Assembly: GCF_037042905.1 (NCBI RefSeq)
Contig: NC_087251.1
Span: 48,796,001-48,860,000 of the forward strand
Source: Lytechinus pictus
Taxonomy: Eukaryota
Direction of reading: 5' to 3'
Length of the DNA stretch: 64,000 nucleotides
Shown: positions 42,045 to 55,673 of the stretch, piece after piece
Position numbering within the stretch: position 1 is the first letter of the stretch
How the letters are laid out: each line of letters begins with the position of its first letter
Position numbers and translations under genes: made by a program
The notes under the pieces: generated by a model
What the model was told of the DNA's origin: nothing
The model's database searches: none
Seen by the model: only the letters and a program-made list of their open reading frames with translations

Positions 42045-42814
42045 ATAGGCCGGGGTATTTTTAGAGATCATAAAGCCGGGGCATGGCCTCACCCCCCCCC
42101 CCCCCCCCTTCGAGATCTCGGCCATCGAACGCGCGATTGCGCGCGCCGAAAATTGGCAAGCAAGTTGTCTGGGACATAATCTACAAAATGGTATTGTAAT
42201 TTATTTCATGCAAATTGTTATTAGTTGATTATGCTAATTTATGCGTAATTGGTACGCAAAATCATATTTTGTCCTTAATAATGTTCCAAATGTTCTATTT
42301 TTTGGTGCAGAAACCCTTTGTGATGTTCTTAGCAAATGTACATGAAAAAAATGCGATATCAGATAAATGTCTTATGTACTAATTTTTTTTGCAATTTCTT
42401 ATGTAATTTCTGTGTTTTTGGACTTTTTTTTCATTGTTTTTTCGATGAAATTTTTCGGGGACTCTTTTGAGATCATAGATAAATCCATTAGACCAGCAAA
42501 ATTAAAAACAATCATATATTTATGATTTTTTATTGAAAACACAATTTGCATTGAGTTTGTACACGAAAATACATTTTTGAGCAATTTCGGGTCTGACATG
42601 CACTTACACAATGTTACGTAATTTCGAAACCGCGTACCCGAGCGTCGCAAAATAATTTGGTCTCAAAAGATGCGCAAGACTTGAAATTAAAAAGTCATTA
42701 ATTGAGCGGCGCGGTCAAAAAAAATCGTAATCGTGCGGCAAAAATAATGAACGAATCGTTGAGGAGGGGGGGGGGGGGGGCCTGCGAGCCCCCCCCCCCC
42801 CGGCATAGATGGGG
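42045..42814. mobile_element. piggyBac-like non-autonomous element (left terminus lost)
   Basis: Ends GGGG|TTAA. Homologous to 43352-43921 (GAGATCTCGGCC..GCGCG.., ACACAATTTGCATTG). Confidence 0.65.
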
Positions 42815-43351
42815 TTAATATTATGAAATACATTATTACCGATTTGCTATTTAAAAAAAATATTTAAAAAACACGTGACCGCAAAGAGCCCCGTGCGCTC
42901 TACACATTTTGGGGGTACGCGCTGTAATTTAGAATATTAGTGGGTTTTAGCCCCAGAACGTTTTCAAAAACAGATAAAGTATTTTGAAAATGCCCATAAA
43001 ATGACAATAAACAGCTGGAAAGAATTTGTCGAAATTGGTGAACCGAAAAAGCAGTTGCGTCCTTCATTTTAGAGATGACGAAAATTGCAAATATGCCGTT
43101 TGTCCATAGTTCAGGACGAAACTTATAATGTTAGGAATAATAAAATCATAATTTTGCTTTGCGGCAAGCCCTGTGGTCGGGGTAGAGTCCAAAACGGCTT
43201 CAAGTCGCAGCAGATGATGATGTTATTACGATTTGGATCTGAATTCACTTTTATTCCTATGTATAGGGAGGCTCGAACTATAGACTGAATTTCGATTTTA
43301 GTAGTCCTACCACTATTCTGAACTCTGATCACTAAGATTTTATTGGTTTAA

Positions 43352-43921
43352 CCCTAAAAGAACCGGGTTATTTGGACCCATCTCACAGCCGGGGGGGATT
43401 TCCCCCCCCCCCCCCCCCGGAGATCTCGGCCTTCGATTGCGCGAGCGCCGCGAAAATTTGCTCAGCGGGAGTATCCGATATAATCTACAAGGCTGTGTGG
43501 TAATTTTTTCTGAAATAATAAGATTTTCATTTAATGAATTAATAATGCTAATTTCTTCATGAAATAAACATTTGCTCTAATCAACTATCATACTGTCTCG
43601 AAACTGCTATTCTTTTATTCACAGACTCTCTGTAGGATCCCGATCAAATGTATTTAATAAAAAAAAATTTTAATTTCTTAGTATTTCTTTGTAAGACAAA
43701 ATTGATTAAGTTTAATCAGTAAAAGTGGAAATGATGATACATTTATGAGTTTTGGCTAAATACACAATTTGCATTGGATTTGTACATTAATTCACGTTTT
43801 TGAGCCATTCGTTTCATAATTTCGTTACCGCGCACCCAGGCATCGCAAATTTTTGGTTGAAAAATTTCGCGCGGCGGATTTATCGTGAAAAATGTAAAGG
43901 GAGCCCCCGGGCCTTTTAGGG
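43352..43921. mobile_element. piggyBac-like non-autonomous element
   Basis: TTAA|CCCTAAAAG ... CTTTTAGGG|CTAA; the TTAA TSD has one mismatch. Confidence 0.75.
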
Positions 43922-45701
43922 CTAAATGTCCATATCAAATGTTATTACAATTTCTTTAAAATTCTGATCGAAACGAATTGCATAGTGTGCGCCGGGCTTA
44001 ATATTAACCTGTTATTTGTTTGTGTGATGAAATTAATGGGACAACAAATTTTAATACTATGCTTAGGATTTTTCTTGAGTTCAGTGATTTACCTGATTTA
44101 TTGTCTTCATTGCATGAATATTGATATTGATCGAACTAATCCAGAGGCTGCTGATGGTCTTGGCGGGGCGGGGGCTGCCAAGTAGAAAACTTTTTTGAAT
44201 TATTCGTTCTCCACAATGGGCTGGATGGACCTCTTGATTCGAATGGCTGTTCATGGAGCTTACCTAGGCTGTTCTTCTGATGGGTCCAGAAGTGCGTGTT
44301 TTTGTTCGTGTTTATCGTAAAAAAAGGGGGGGGGGGCTGCACCCCCTCCGCCCGATTCCGCGGCCCAGACAGAGTCGCGTGGAATTTACTGCATTTATTG
44401 ACGGAGATATTCACTCTGAACCATTAACAAAACGACGAATGTAAATAGGCACATGGCAATTATTTACTGGGGCGAAAAAAAACGAGTGAACAATGGCGGG
44501 AAATTTTGAATAGCTGATGGCAGGTGTGGTTGAATGTATTTTGCCGAAAGGAATGCAAGCCGTGAATTATACCATAGATCCGACTAGTAGGATCGTGATA
44601 CCATGGACCTACTACAGGTCCATGATTATACCAACAATGATAGCGTAATGTCCGACCAAGGTGCCTGATGACCGCGCAATTTAAACAGCGAAGACGTATT
44701 CTTAATTATTAAACAAACAGGACACCAAACCGATTTTCATTTGCTATTAGTACTGCGAATGAGAGGAAATGATTGAAACTGCAGTGAGTGATTGGTTTGG
44801 TGATAACCAGGTAAGTGGAATAATAATAAAACAGTGTTAAAAATCGAAGAAACATTCTTTTTCAAATGACTGAAGAAATAATTTGCTAACACCATAGTCG
44901 GGTAGATATGATCAAAATTATTGCATGACCTTCGATTTGGGTATGACTGCGATTTTTTTTGCTGGACGTAGTAGTATGGGGTATCTACTTCAAGAATCCG
45001 ACGGGTGCCATCTGGGCACTCTTGGGCTTTTTTTTATTGACTTCATAGGCCACGCCCACTTTTTCACATACCTCTTAAATATGAATTTCATATTTTAAGG
45101 AATATACATGTCATGCTTGGTATCAAATTAAAGCTAATGAGAAATCAAATGTAACTTTATTGATTACTGGACATTAACGCATCACGCATAGGTCAGTTAA
45201 ATGTCATTTAAGGTCATAAAAAGTCAAATTGCCTTGTTAATGTAAGAAATACATATAATGTGGAATATATAATGTTTTGAATACAAAAAAAAGTTTGATA
45301 TGTGAATCCATTTGCAAAGGTTAAGCTTAGGGTGTGCATGTCAAGAATCCGACCGGTATACTTTGGCATCTTGAGGAATTTTATTTTTGTGATGTCATAA
45401 ACCACACCAGCTTTCTTACATTCCTTTTATATATTTAGCGGAATAAACATATCATGCCTGATATCGAATTAAATCAAATTCAAAATAAAATCCTCATATG
45501 TGAATCATTAGGCATTTAAAACTTTTCCAAGACAATTAAAGGTCATTTTAAGGTTATTAAAGGTCAAACTGGGCCACAAACGTAATAAATGCAACATATA
45601 ATGTGGAATATCTCATGTTTGGTTGAGGGTGTGTATATAAAGGATGTGACGGGTTCTACCTCCTCAATTTCTATTTTCTGACGTTACGAACCACGCCCAC
45701 T

Positions 45702-45707
<6 letters not shown>

Positions 45708-45733
<26 letters not shown>

Positions 45734-46720
45734 CATATGATTTATATAGCGTCTTTTCCATTTTTATTAAATGCTCAAGGCGCTTAGAAGAGAGCAAACA
45801 TATAAGTAAATAGAACTAAGAGAAGTACAAGAAAGGGTATATTACAAATGAGGACAAATGTCTGTCTTCAAACCTAGTACCTGCTGGTGAACAAATGCAA
45901 TGTTAGGTTGCCCTAATATGGCCTATAAGTAATTATGACAGCAAGTGACAAATTATAGTATAAGTGTTTGGTAACTGATTTAAGCTTGTGGCAAGTAAAA
46001 TGCGATTATGAAAGTAATTAAGAGATTAAATACATGACAAGAACACCTAAAGTGCAGTAATGTTAATGATAGGTCAAATAATGTCAGGCAATGTAACAAG
46101 ACTTTAATCAAAACATGTAATATAAGCTTGGTATCATATCACCCATTTTCCTACATTAACTAAAACTGCACAGTGTTTTTTTTAGTTTAGTTTTCTGTAA
46201 AAACATATTAACTATAATCAAGGACACAGTCATACATAGTAAATAATGTATTACACACAATTTCAGGTTTAAGATCAATCATGTTGGAGCAATCTAAGAA
46301 AATGACTTCTACAACACACATTCACATTTTTAGACAAGCATCCAATTAGACAAATTTGACATTTAACATCATCCTAACTCCACTACAATTGTTCTCTCAT
46401 TCATCTTCCAGTCTGATTCCCCCTCTTTAGTCTAAACTGCATGTTCAGTATTCCTTGTATTTAGAATGACACCATGTTCTTACATACGATGCACGATAAG
46501 TGGCAAATGCTTACCCTAGAACTTGGTTGCCCCGATTTAAATCAACATTGACCAAGTTCTGAAAATTATTCCTTGGGAGTAACTAACATGACTAATGTGC
46601 TATGAACAGGTAAAGGAGTGTCTTCCTAACTTATACTTCCCATCCATACATGGGAGGAAAGTTGCAGGGGAGTCATTCTGATCAGTTGCTCTCCAGAACC
46701 TTTCTTACGCTCTAAATAAT
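45708..46720 (-). mobile_element. Degenerate 3' end of a non-LTR retroelement
   Basis: Minus strand ends AAGCGCCTTGAG...AAAAGACGCTATATAAAT followed by (TAT)n, the same tail as the SINE at 41223-41560. The upstream extent and any coding remnant are uncertain. Confidence 0.5.
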
Positions 46721-46910
46721 CACCAATGAACATTCATGGCTAATATCATTTACCACAAGAAAGGATCACCAGTTTTTAACGTCGCTCTTAACTCAGCTTT
46801 ATGAAATGGCCCCCTGAAAACATAGAATTTTAAGATCTTTGGAGTTATAACTTCTAACCAGAGTAGGCCCTATACTAAAATCATGTGAGCGGGAGCTCAT
46901 ATTTCTTTAC

Positions 46911-47790
46911 CAGGGGCGGATCCAGCTTTCGCTAATAAGGGGGGGGGTAAAGATTTGAAATAAATAAATAAAATAAATAAAATAAAAAAATATTTTCATC
47001 TATATTATGTTTCCCGATCGGATATAGTAAGCACTTTTTGTAACCGTGAACATGATGGGTATACGTATATCTAAACAATTGATGCGAGTGCGAAACACGA
47101 GCTGAAAATTGTTAATATTCTGACCTCAAATTTGGAGAGTCTGTAAGCACTTTTGGTAATCAAGAAATGGATGGGTAACTATCTCAACATGTTATGCAAG
47201 TGCAAAGCGCGAGCTGAACATTTTTTAATTTCCGACCCAAAAACAGGAGATTCTAAGCACTTTTTGTAACCATGAACAGGATGGGTATCTTTATCAAATA
47301 AATGATGCGGATGTGAAGCGCGAGCTGAAATTTTTTGATATTCTGACCTGAAATGACATTCTAAGCACTCTTGGTGATCATGAACAGAATGGGTATCTAA
47401 CAAATAATTTCGTGCGCGAGCTTAAAATTTTTGATATTCCGACCCAAAACTAGACATTCTAAGCACATTTTGTAACCATGAACAGAATTGTCGAATATGA
47501 ATTTGACGCCCCCTCCCTAGATTGAACATGAATTTGGCACCTTGGGACAAACATCAAATGGGTGCTCCTAGATCGGAAATCAGTTCAGCGCCCCCTAGGT
47601 CGAACATTCATTCAGCGCCCTCTTTATCAATCACCAATTCGGCGCAACGAGGTAGAACATCAATTCGGCGCCCCCTAGGTTGAAAATCAATTCGGCGCTC
47701 TTATGTAGAACTTCAATTTGGCGCCCCCTATGTCGAACATCGATTCGGCGCACCCCCCGGTCGAAAATCGATTCGGCGCCTCCCCCCCCC
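46911..47790. mobile_element. hAT-type element fragment with two internal tandem arrays (~110-bp and ~27-bp units)
   Basis: Starts CAGGGGCGGATCCAG. AAGCAC..TTG recurs near 47030, 47146, 47255, 47363 and 47461. C(G/A)GCGCCCCCTAGGTCGAACATCAATT-type units run from about 47586 to 47780. No right TIR found. Confidence 0.7.
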
Positions 47791-48429
47791 CCCCTCTTCT
47801 TTTTTTTTTTCTTTCTTTCTTTCCCCCTTTTTTTTCTTCTCTTTCCTCCTTTTTTCTCCCACTTTTGAAGTGTTACAAGTTACAACTATGGTGACTTTTC
47901 CATTAAAACCTTGAGTGTCATTGGTCATTGACCCCATATAGTTACCATAGATGCCGAAATGGAAAAGTTACCACGTACCGGTTGTAACTCTTTATGAGAC
48001 GGGCTCTACTTCTGTTAGTGGATGACATAGTTAAGAGAAACAGAAAATGTATGTTCGGCTCGTTTTACTCGCTTTCTTTTCTCTTTGTGTTTTTCAGTCA
48101 GTGGGAGTCAGTGCAAGAATTTATCTCGAGTAAACCAAGACTTCTATCCAACGATCGATTACTGCCGAATGTATGTACATCCTGAGCCCCAACTGGAAGT
48201 GGAACGCTGGAGTTCAATCACCATCCATGCGACGTGGTCAGCAACTAGGAGGAATGGAGCAGGAGGTGATGGGAGGTCAGACAGGAGAATGTTCCTTTGG
48301 AAGGCATCCACATGAGGTCAACTTCCGGTGAGATGAGGTCTGACGTCTTTCCCACTTAAGAGGACACAGTTTTACCATGAGAAGGAGGAGGATGTGGATG
48401 GTGGACAACGGATACACCATCGAGCTCCT

Positions 48430-48699
48430 GCATGATTGGAAATATCACCCAATGCAGTCTCATCGTTTCTGTTTATGGTAACCCCCGTAGGAACTCGGCA
48501 GGACAGCATTTTTGCTGGTAAACGCCAAGCTGGTATATAATCAATTACCTAGGAAACATTTTACCTCTAGGTTAATCAGTCATAGTGGCTGACAATATAT
48601 GGGCCTTTTTATCAAAGTGGAGACAATGGCAGAGTGGGGATTCGAACTCACAACCTTGCGATTATGAGTCCAATGCTCTAATCACTGGACCACACGACC
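48430..48699 (-). mobile_element. tRNA-derived SINE (Met-like anticodon loop in the head)
   Basis: Minus strand reads GGTCGTGTGGTCCAGTGATTAGAGCATTGGACTCATAATCGCAAGGTTGTGAGTTCGAATCCCCACTCTGCC. A and B boxes are present but the acceptor and anticodon stems are broken. 3' boundary approximate. Confidence 0.75.
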
Positions 48700-48764
48700 A
48701 CACTGGTGAGGGGTGATCAGGATGGTGAGGGATGATCAGGGATCCAGTTGGTCTCCGCCAACCA

Positions 48765-48911
48765 GGGGCCCGTTTCATAAAGAGTAACAACTGTTGTAAC
48801 TTTGTCATTACGGCAACTACCATGGCAACAGGGCTCAAAATCAAGGTTGCCATAAAGTAGTTGCCATAATGGCATAGTTACAACAGTGGTAACTCTTTAT
48901 GTAACGGGCCC
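48765..48911. mobile_element. Small palindromic Harbinger-like MITE (CAG flanks)
   Basis: TIRs GGGCCCGTTTCATAAAGAGT / ACTCTTTATGTAACGGGCCC. Confidence 0.8.
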
Positions 48912-49398
48912 CAGATCCTGAGAGATTTACGTTACACTAAGCAGCTCCTTGCATTAAGGGAATATTCTCGAGAACGCTAAAAGAAGTTCACCCCAAAAAA
49001 GTATACATGAATAAAGAGGGAAAATAAAAACAAACGTAAAGCTTAAAGTTTTATCAAAATCAGAGGAAAAACAAACAAAGTTATGACATTTTGAAAATTA
49101 CACAAATTTTGAAAGCATTGCAATCCAATCTAAAATGGCTTTCAATGAAAATTGTATAATGTTGAGGAAGAATCAAACTTTGGTGCACTTAACAGGAAAA
49201 CATAAAATATTTCATAACAGATTCAAAAGAAATGGGTGATGTCATCGGTTCCTTAATTTGTATAACGAATGTGTTTATTACGGTTTTGTGATACAAAACG
49301 AAATTTTAGAATGTCATAACTTTCTCACTTTACATCAGAGTTGGGTAAAATATCGAGAGTTAATATGATTATATAATTTTTCTTTTTTTATTCCAATA

Positions 49399-49689
49399 TT
49401 CTATTTTCACGATTTTTTGAAAGCATATCATAACCAGGTAAAAAAACAAAATGTCATTTTTGTCTGAAAGCCAAGTCTCTCGTAAAAGCGCTGTCCCATA
49501 CATGGTCCGACTACTCATCAATCAATCGAATATGTAATTAATTTCTATTTTCACGATTTTTTGAAAGCATATCATAACCAGGTAAAAAAACAAAATGTCA
49601 TTTTTGTCTGAAAGCCAAGTCTCTCGTAAAAGCGCTGTCCCATACATGGTCCGACTACTCATCAATCAATCGAATATGTAATTAATTTC
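49399..49689. repeat. Two apparently identical 144-bp tandem copies
   Basis: TTCTATTTTCACG...TATGTAATTAAT repeated with period 144; no mismatch seen by eye. Confidence 0.92.
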
Positions 49690-50356
49690 CAAAACTATGA
49701 TTAATTAAAACATGCCTTTTCAGTTAATACATGATACGACATCTCAACAAGCAATCAATGTGTTAACAATATCCAAATTATGCAAATAGATTTTATACAA
49801 AACGATATTAATATGCTATTGTCTAATATGATAATATTATGATGTTTTCGTTTACTTTAAATTCTGGTTACGATTCTTTGTAGCAAAATGATAACGATAA
49901 TAAAGCTTACATATATGTGCTCAATATTACTTTTACCACATCTAGCATTGCTTGTTCTCAATGGGCATAGTTGTTTTATCCCATCTTGGTATAATCGTTT
50001 AATATGCTAATTCCATGTTTATACATGTACAAGCATAAATTATTTAATCAATCATTAGATTTATGATATCTCTTATTTCCTTGTAAGCCTGGTGAAATAC
50101 ACCTATCTCATTGACAAAATCCCTTTAAGCAGTTTTATCAACCTTATCGACATCTTTTTCATTTTCCCCCTTATTCCGGTACAGTTATATTTCATCTTCA
50201 ATTCTTTAAAGAAATGCCATTTGTTTATAATTTATGTTTCTTATTTTATTCATGCAAGCTTATGAATTACTAAGATAATTAAAATCATTAGAAATGATCG
50301 TCATTATAATCATATGTTATTTACAAGGAACATAATAATTATAGACAAGATAATAT

Positions 50357-50518
50357 TTACTTAATCTTGGCAATGTCTTCTCGAGAATGAATAATGATAG
50401 GAGATGCCATATCTTCCTTCCTCAAGTATATCCTTCCATATTATGTCCAAATGAACTTGAAGCCGGCCTTCTTCCTTTCCATGTTCACTTCTCCCAAGAG
50501 AGCTCGAGTTGCAGGGAT
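50357..50518 (-). pseudogene. Fragment of CR1/L2-group LINE ORF1p C-terminal domain (internal stop)
   Basis: Translates IPATRALLGEVNMERKKAGFKFIWT*YGRIYLRKEDMASPIIIHSREDIAKIK*, matching the K..G(Y/F)KFVWT..G.I..RK.....I.I.S..DL pattern of these ORF1 proteins. Confidence 0.7.
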
Positions 50519-52379
50519 CATATAGGCCTACTTTCTAAGTAATGATGACATTTTGAAAATTCAATGTTGACGACGTCGCCGTCGGAAAAGCAGGGGCTGT
50601 ACTCTCGAGAGGCAAACACTGTTCCGTGTAAAATAAAATCTAACAAGTTCGAAGTATAAGCTTTCCAAATACAACTTAAAATGATTGATAGTGACATCGG
50701 ACAAGAAAACAAGGGGATTTTGTATTTTGACATGATTCCAAATTGTTCCAAAGTGAGATGGAGCCCTGAGAAATGGTTTGAATGAAGGGCTCTAGCTGTA
50801 CTGATTTAGTGTTTGAGAGTCTCATTAGAGATGATCTACATTCTCTCTGCAAGTGAAGATCTTTTCAAAACTTGGATAATGTACTGTATATCCGAAGGAG
50901 TATAACTGCTTATTTTTCTTCTTGTATTTTGTAATCAGTTAATCATTCCAATTTGATAGGCCTAACGCCTTTGTTTGAAAGTTTCAGATATTCTGTCATA
51001 AATTGAGCAATCAAATTGAACATATACCCCCATCGCCTCGACCCCCCCCCCCCCCCCCCCGCCTCTCTCCCTCGCCCCTCTCTACTGACTTACTGACAAA
51101 CAATGTATCATGTCAAAATCCCCTGAAAATCTTTTTTTTTTCTCTCTCCTCTTTGGCTCCATCGCCCTGGCTGGGAAGCGGGGGCGCCGAAGCGGCACCC
51201 CAAGATTTACCTGGGGGTGCTGCGTGTGTTAATAGCAGCATCCCCTAGAAATCTGGTAGAAATGATAAATATCAGAAATGCTATTAAAATCCCCTTAATT
51301 TTGTAACAAAAATCTTGGGGATTTTGTTATGCTTGTAAAATTTCTCATGAACGAAAATGACCTTCATTTTGTAGTGAAACTTTGTTCTGTGCTTGTCAAA
51401 TTAAAACCAACACCCCTGTTAAAAAAAAATATCGTTCCCATGGCCCTGTTTGGCTCCCCCTTCCAACCCTCCACCCCTTACCCATCATACCTGTGTGTGA
51501 GGGGGTGGAAATTAAGTGCCAAGCTTTTTTCTTCGTGGTTCTGATCCAGGATTTTCTAGGGGGGCATTTTGTCCAGAAAAAAAATACAAGCCCGCCAAAA
51601 TGTCTTCACTCCCAATCAATGGTGATTTATTTCAGGAAAAATTTAAAAGGAAAAAAAAGTTTTCACTACAAAATGGAGGTCATTTTGTTCCAGGAAACAA
51701 TAATAATAATAAACCTCATTTGCGTATATACGCAAATACGCAAATATACACTCAGGACATATTCCCCAACAAATAAGAAATTCTTATGTCTCTCAAGGGG
51801 TGGGAACGGGCCGGATGTGCCCCTATATGGATCCACCACTTCTTATGACCCATTTAAAGGTAGACTATAATACAGAAATCAAAAACTCGTTTCTAAAAAA
51901 AATCACGATAAAGGTAAGTTGGTATTTCTTTTGTATCCTCTCTCTAAATTGTTCAAAATTTTCACATTTCCTAAAAATTGCAGGGATATATCTTCTTTCC
52001 TCTATGTGTTATCTTCTTTAAATACGAGTTTTATTTTCTTCTGACGTTTCTTCTCATAACGAGAATTATGCTGACTGATTGTAGGATTAATTTGGTTTCA
52101 CCGGGGGACACCACTGAAATAAAATTATTTCAAAATTATTTATTTCCGTGGGGGCGTGGGCGATACTTGCTATCAACTGGATATTGATGGTATTAAAAAA
52201 GAATGTAAAACTGAATTCTACAATGATTTTACTTTCATTGAATTCGATGAACGTTGATTATTATTTTTCAACCCATTTCTCCACTTTCTATTTCTGTTAA
52301 ACTTTAAGACTTTAACAGAAATAGTAGGCCTCATGTTGTACACTGGAAAAAATATGCGGCATGTACCCATAGAGATACC

Positions 52380-52618
52380 TGTATCTAAGCAGAACGGTAG
52401 GCACTTATGAGGCGAATTTCAGCGGTACGGTGGCACGGTAGAAATGTGCAGCTCAGTGACGGCTCGCCGATGAATTCATATCGTGGTCGTACGTCCGAGC
52501 GCAGCGCAGAATTAGCCACATACATGATTTAGAACGCAAGAGGGCGTGTTTGAAAAAAAAGGACACTTCCTGCAGCTTTGTCACTTTTGTCGCTTTCGCC
52601 ACTATCATTATTAAAGAA
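52380..52618 (+). promoter_or_regulatory. Probable SDE2 promoter / 5' UTR (CpG-enriched)
   Basis: Locally CpG-rich immediately upstream of the inferred ATG. GC-box variant AGGGCGTG at 52541-52548 and ETS-like ACTTCCTG at 52565-52572. TSS not determinable. Confidence 0.45.
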
Positions 52619-52723
52619 ATGGCTGTATTTGCGAGAATTTTTGATGGTACGCTGATGTGCTGTGATATACGAGATGTCAACTATACAACTGAGAGCCTGG
52701 TGGCTAAAATCAGAGAAGAAGTG
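52619..52723 (+). CDS. SDE2: SDE2 coding exon 1 (N-terminal half of the ubiquitin-like domain)
   Basis: Encodes MAVFARIFDGTLMCCDIRDVNYTTESLVAKIREEV, which aligns by eye to ubiquitin 1-34 (MQIFVKTLTG...TIENVKAKIQDKE). Follows a CpG-rich stretch. Phase-0 donor GTG|GTGCGT matches the phase-0 acceptor of exon 2. Confidence 0.75.
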
Positions 52724-53619
52724 GTGCGTATTCTATTCTTTTTTTTTTTTTAATGCCATTTCATGTCCCACGTATTCAGTTTCATGTCGGTATTCACTCA
52801 CACAACATGCGAGCGCGAGGTTAGTATACTAACCTCGCACAACACATGTGATTTCATAGTGCATTTTGACGTTTTCATTCATCACACGAATGTGAGGGAC
52901 TAAACTACGCCAAACCTTTCAATATTTGTCCGCTATGTTAATCTTGATCGTATGATCAAGTTTATTTGAAAAAGCAATTATAAATTATTTATTAAAGTGT
53001 TTTTATCGCTTACCTCCAAATCTCAACCAGGATACTTCGCTCGGTCCGTCCTTAGTCATCCTTCGTACTGCGGTGGAAATTACGCAAACAACAATCGAAA
53101 TGCGAAATTTTCCTATCGAACATTCTCGATTCAAGTCGTCGGCGCATAATAGGAAATTGTACCAAAAATCAACATAGTTCTCTATTTATTCAAACAATTT
53201 TTTCTGGGGTGCACTTGACCTTTAAGAGATTTTCCAATGAAAATATTACATGGAACTTGGAAATACAAATCATAATTTGGTTGAACAAAATGTTTTCTGT
53301 TAAAGTATAAAACAGAAGAGGAACATATCCTTCACGTATTTTTATATCCAAAATATGTTGCCTTAGTATGGAATAATCACAATGACATAAAATGAAAATG
53401 GGTAAAGTACCTTTCTAATGATCATTGAGATTTTGCCTGTGGAATCATTGTTTGATAATTTTCAAAGCTTTAAATAGATGAAAATGTTCATTGAGAAAAT
53501 ATACATATATATGTATGAACAAAATGATAATGTCCCGATTGTTTCGCATTATGTGTGTTAGATTGCGGGCGTTTGTGTGTGTGTGTAGGAAGCAAGATGT
53601 TCGTGTTAATGTTTGCACA

Positions 53620-53890
53620 AAAAAGGAGAGGGAAAGGGAAAGGAAAAGGGAGGGGGAAAGGTAGAGGAGAGAGAGGGAAAAGGAGACCATAAAATAGAAA
53701 GAAAACAAAGGAAGAGGGGAAGGGAGAGGGAAAGAAAAATGGAAAGAGCGAGAAAAGAGTAGGGGAGGGAGAAAGGAAAGAAAAGAAGGGAAAGGAAAAG
53801 CGAAAAAGGGAAGGGAAAGGGAGAGAAGAAAAGAAGGGAGAACGAAAATGGGGAAAGGGAGAAGGAGAGGGGATAATGAAGGGGATAGGA
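53620..53890. repeat. Polypurine (GA-rich) low-complexity tract in SDE2 intron 1
   Basis: Directly visible; explains the F/S/L/P-rich minus-strand ORFs. Confidence 0.9.
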
Positions 53891-54742
53891 AAATGTCAAG
53901 TTTGAAGATCTGAATATTAACACTAAAACAAAATTAGACTCCCATGTTTTATTTATAAAAATACCATCTTTTTCATGATTATAAAGGTTCAACGTCCCTG
54001 TTCTAGGTCTAAACTTCAACATAAATCTACTGGCGCTTCGCGCTTGAATTCTGGAGGTCATTCCTCTTTTAAAAGTATAGGTAATCTGTCGGACTTTTCA
54101 AATCCCAAATTTAAATCTTAAGCGCAAATGCCCTCGCATTATTTTTCATTTAGATACAGTCCTGTCATCAATATCAAAAACTCTAAGCGCGAGCTTCGCG
54201 CTGGCATCATTTTTGTAAGTGACATTTATGATGTTGTTCATATTTAAAAAATGTCCATTTGTTGAGGTTTAAATGTCCAAAAGTTCAGCGCTCGCATAAT
54301 TTGTAAGGTAAATAGACCTACCCTTTTAATTGTTATACAAAGGCGCTTATACAACGTCCAGAATGCAGTTCGGAATATTGAAAATAACTATTGGTCCCGC
54401 TATTTCTGCCCGTGCGACAAGCATTTATCATTTTGAATCATGAGATTCACCTTTGAAATATGATGAAAAAGTATCGTTAAGACTGAATGAAGAAAAAAAG
54501 AAGCTCACGTTTCACGCTTGCATTTTAATTGATCCGTTAGCTTGTGATAATAATGGTGACTTCGTTAATATATCTTAGCGGACATGTCCACCTTTTGGTG
54601 CTTCAAGAAAAATAAACACAACACACAAATAATAATAGAAAACGAACAAGAATAGAATAGATAGTTACCTATCCCACTCATGAATTCTTATTTAACAGTC
54701 CCCAAAACGTATTTTTTTCGTGTTAGCTTATTTCATATACAT

Positions 54743-54787
<45 letters not shown>

Positions 54788-54803
54788 CGTAAATAAATCA
54801 AGC

Positions 54804-54846
<43 letters not shown>

Positions 54847-54900
54847 TTCACACAATATTTAAATAAAAGAGTTGCCAAAGCTGTAGTACATGTATAACTT

Positions 54901-54948
<48 letters not shown>

Positions 54949-55673
54949 TCTCCTCATCATGGTTATAAAAAGTGCTCAGAATGTTTTATTTTCAAGTCCT
55001 TGTATCAGAATTTTCAGCTCGGGCAGCTCTATCGCATTTTGATTACTATCCTGTTGATTTATTTACTTGAACAAAATATTTAAAATGTCCAGCTTTTAGA
55101 ACAGATATCAAAAAAAGGTATTCACCTTTGATCATAGATGAGGAAGAAGAAAAAAGTGAAAAAAAATAGGAAACAAACTAACGAATTAATGTGACATAAT
55201 TTTTCTTCATTTCAAGGCGACTCTTTACATTTCATCATCGCTGATGGCGCTACAATAGAAAATACCGCTTGACAGCAAAAAAAAAAACAGAAAGAGGAAA
55301 ATAATGCTGAGCGTCTAAAATGCAGCTAGCAGTACAAGCTGCAGAACCGTCGTAAACAAACATCTTGTGAATAATATCGCGCGCCCTCTTTAAGCAAAAG
55401 TTTACAACCACAATTACCCTGCGGTATCTACGTGAAGATCACGAGAAAATGCATTTTTTTTCTTAAAAACACACCAAAGAGAAGACAAGAAACGATCCAT
55501 ATGGTTCGGTAAGTGTCATAGCACAATTAGAAACATTATTTTAAAAGGAATGGCTTAGTTATTTTAGTAAAAAGGGTGTGAAAAATTCGCGTGCACCATG
55601 TGCATATGAATCCTTCGCACGCGAGATGCATTGATCCCATGAGTGGTCGGTATTAACAGTTAACTACTAGTTA

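Noticed and set aside
47490..47790. CRISPR-like array of ~27-bp repeats
   Set aside because: Units are contiguous and degenerate with no unique spacers, there are no cas genes, and the context is eukaryotic; it is a minisatellite inside a MITE.
48628..48699. tRNA-Met gene on the minus strand
   Set aside because: Acceptor and anticodon stems do not pair and there is no immediate poly-T terminator; better explained as a SINE head. tRNAscan-SE would settle it.
40006..53224. Single 13-kb Kolobok element bounded by TTAAAGGTCAAGT / ACTTGACCTTTAA
   Set aside because: TTAA is uninformative as a TSD, the arms diverge quickly, another fragment of the family sits at about 48980-49390, and the interval contains SDE2 exon 1. 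Independent fragments are more plausible.
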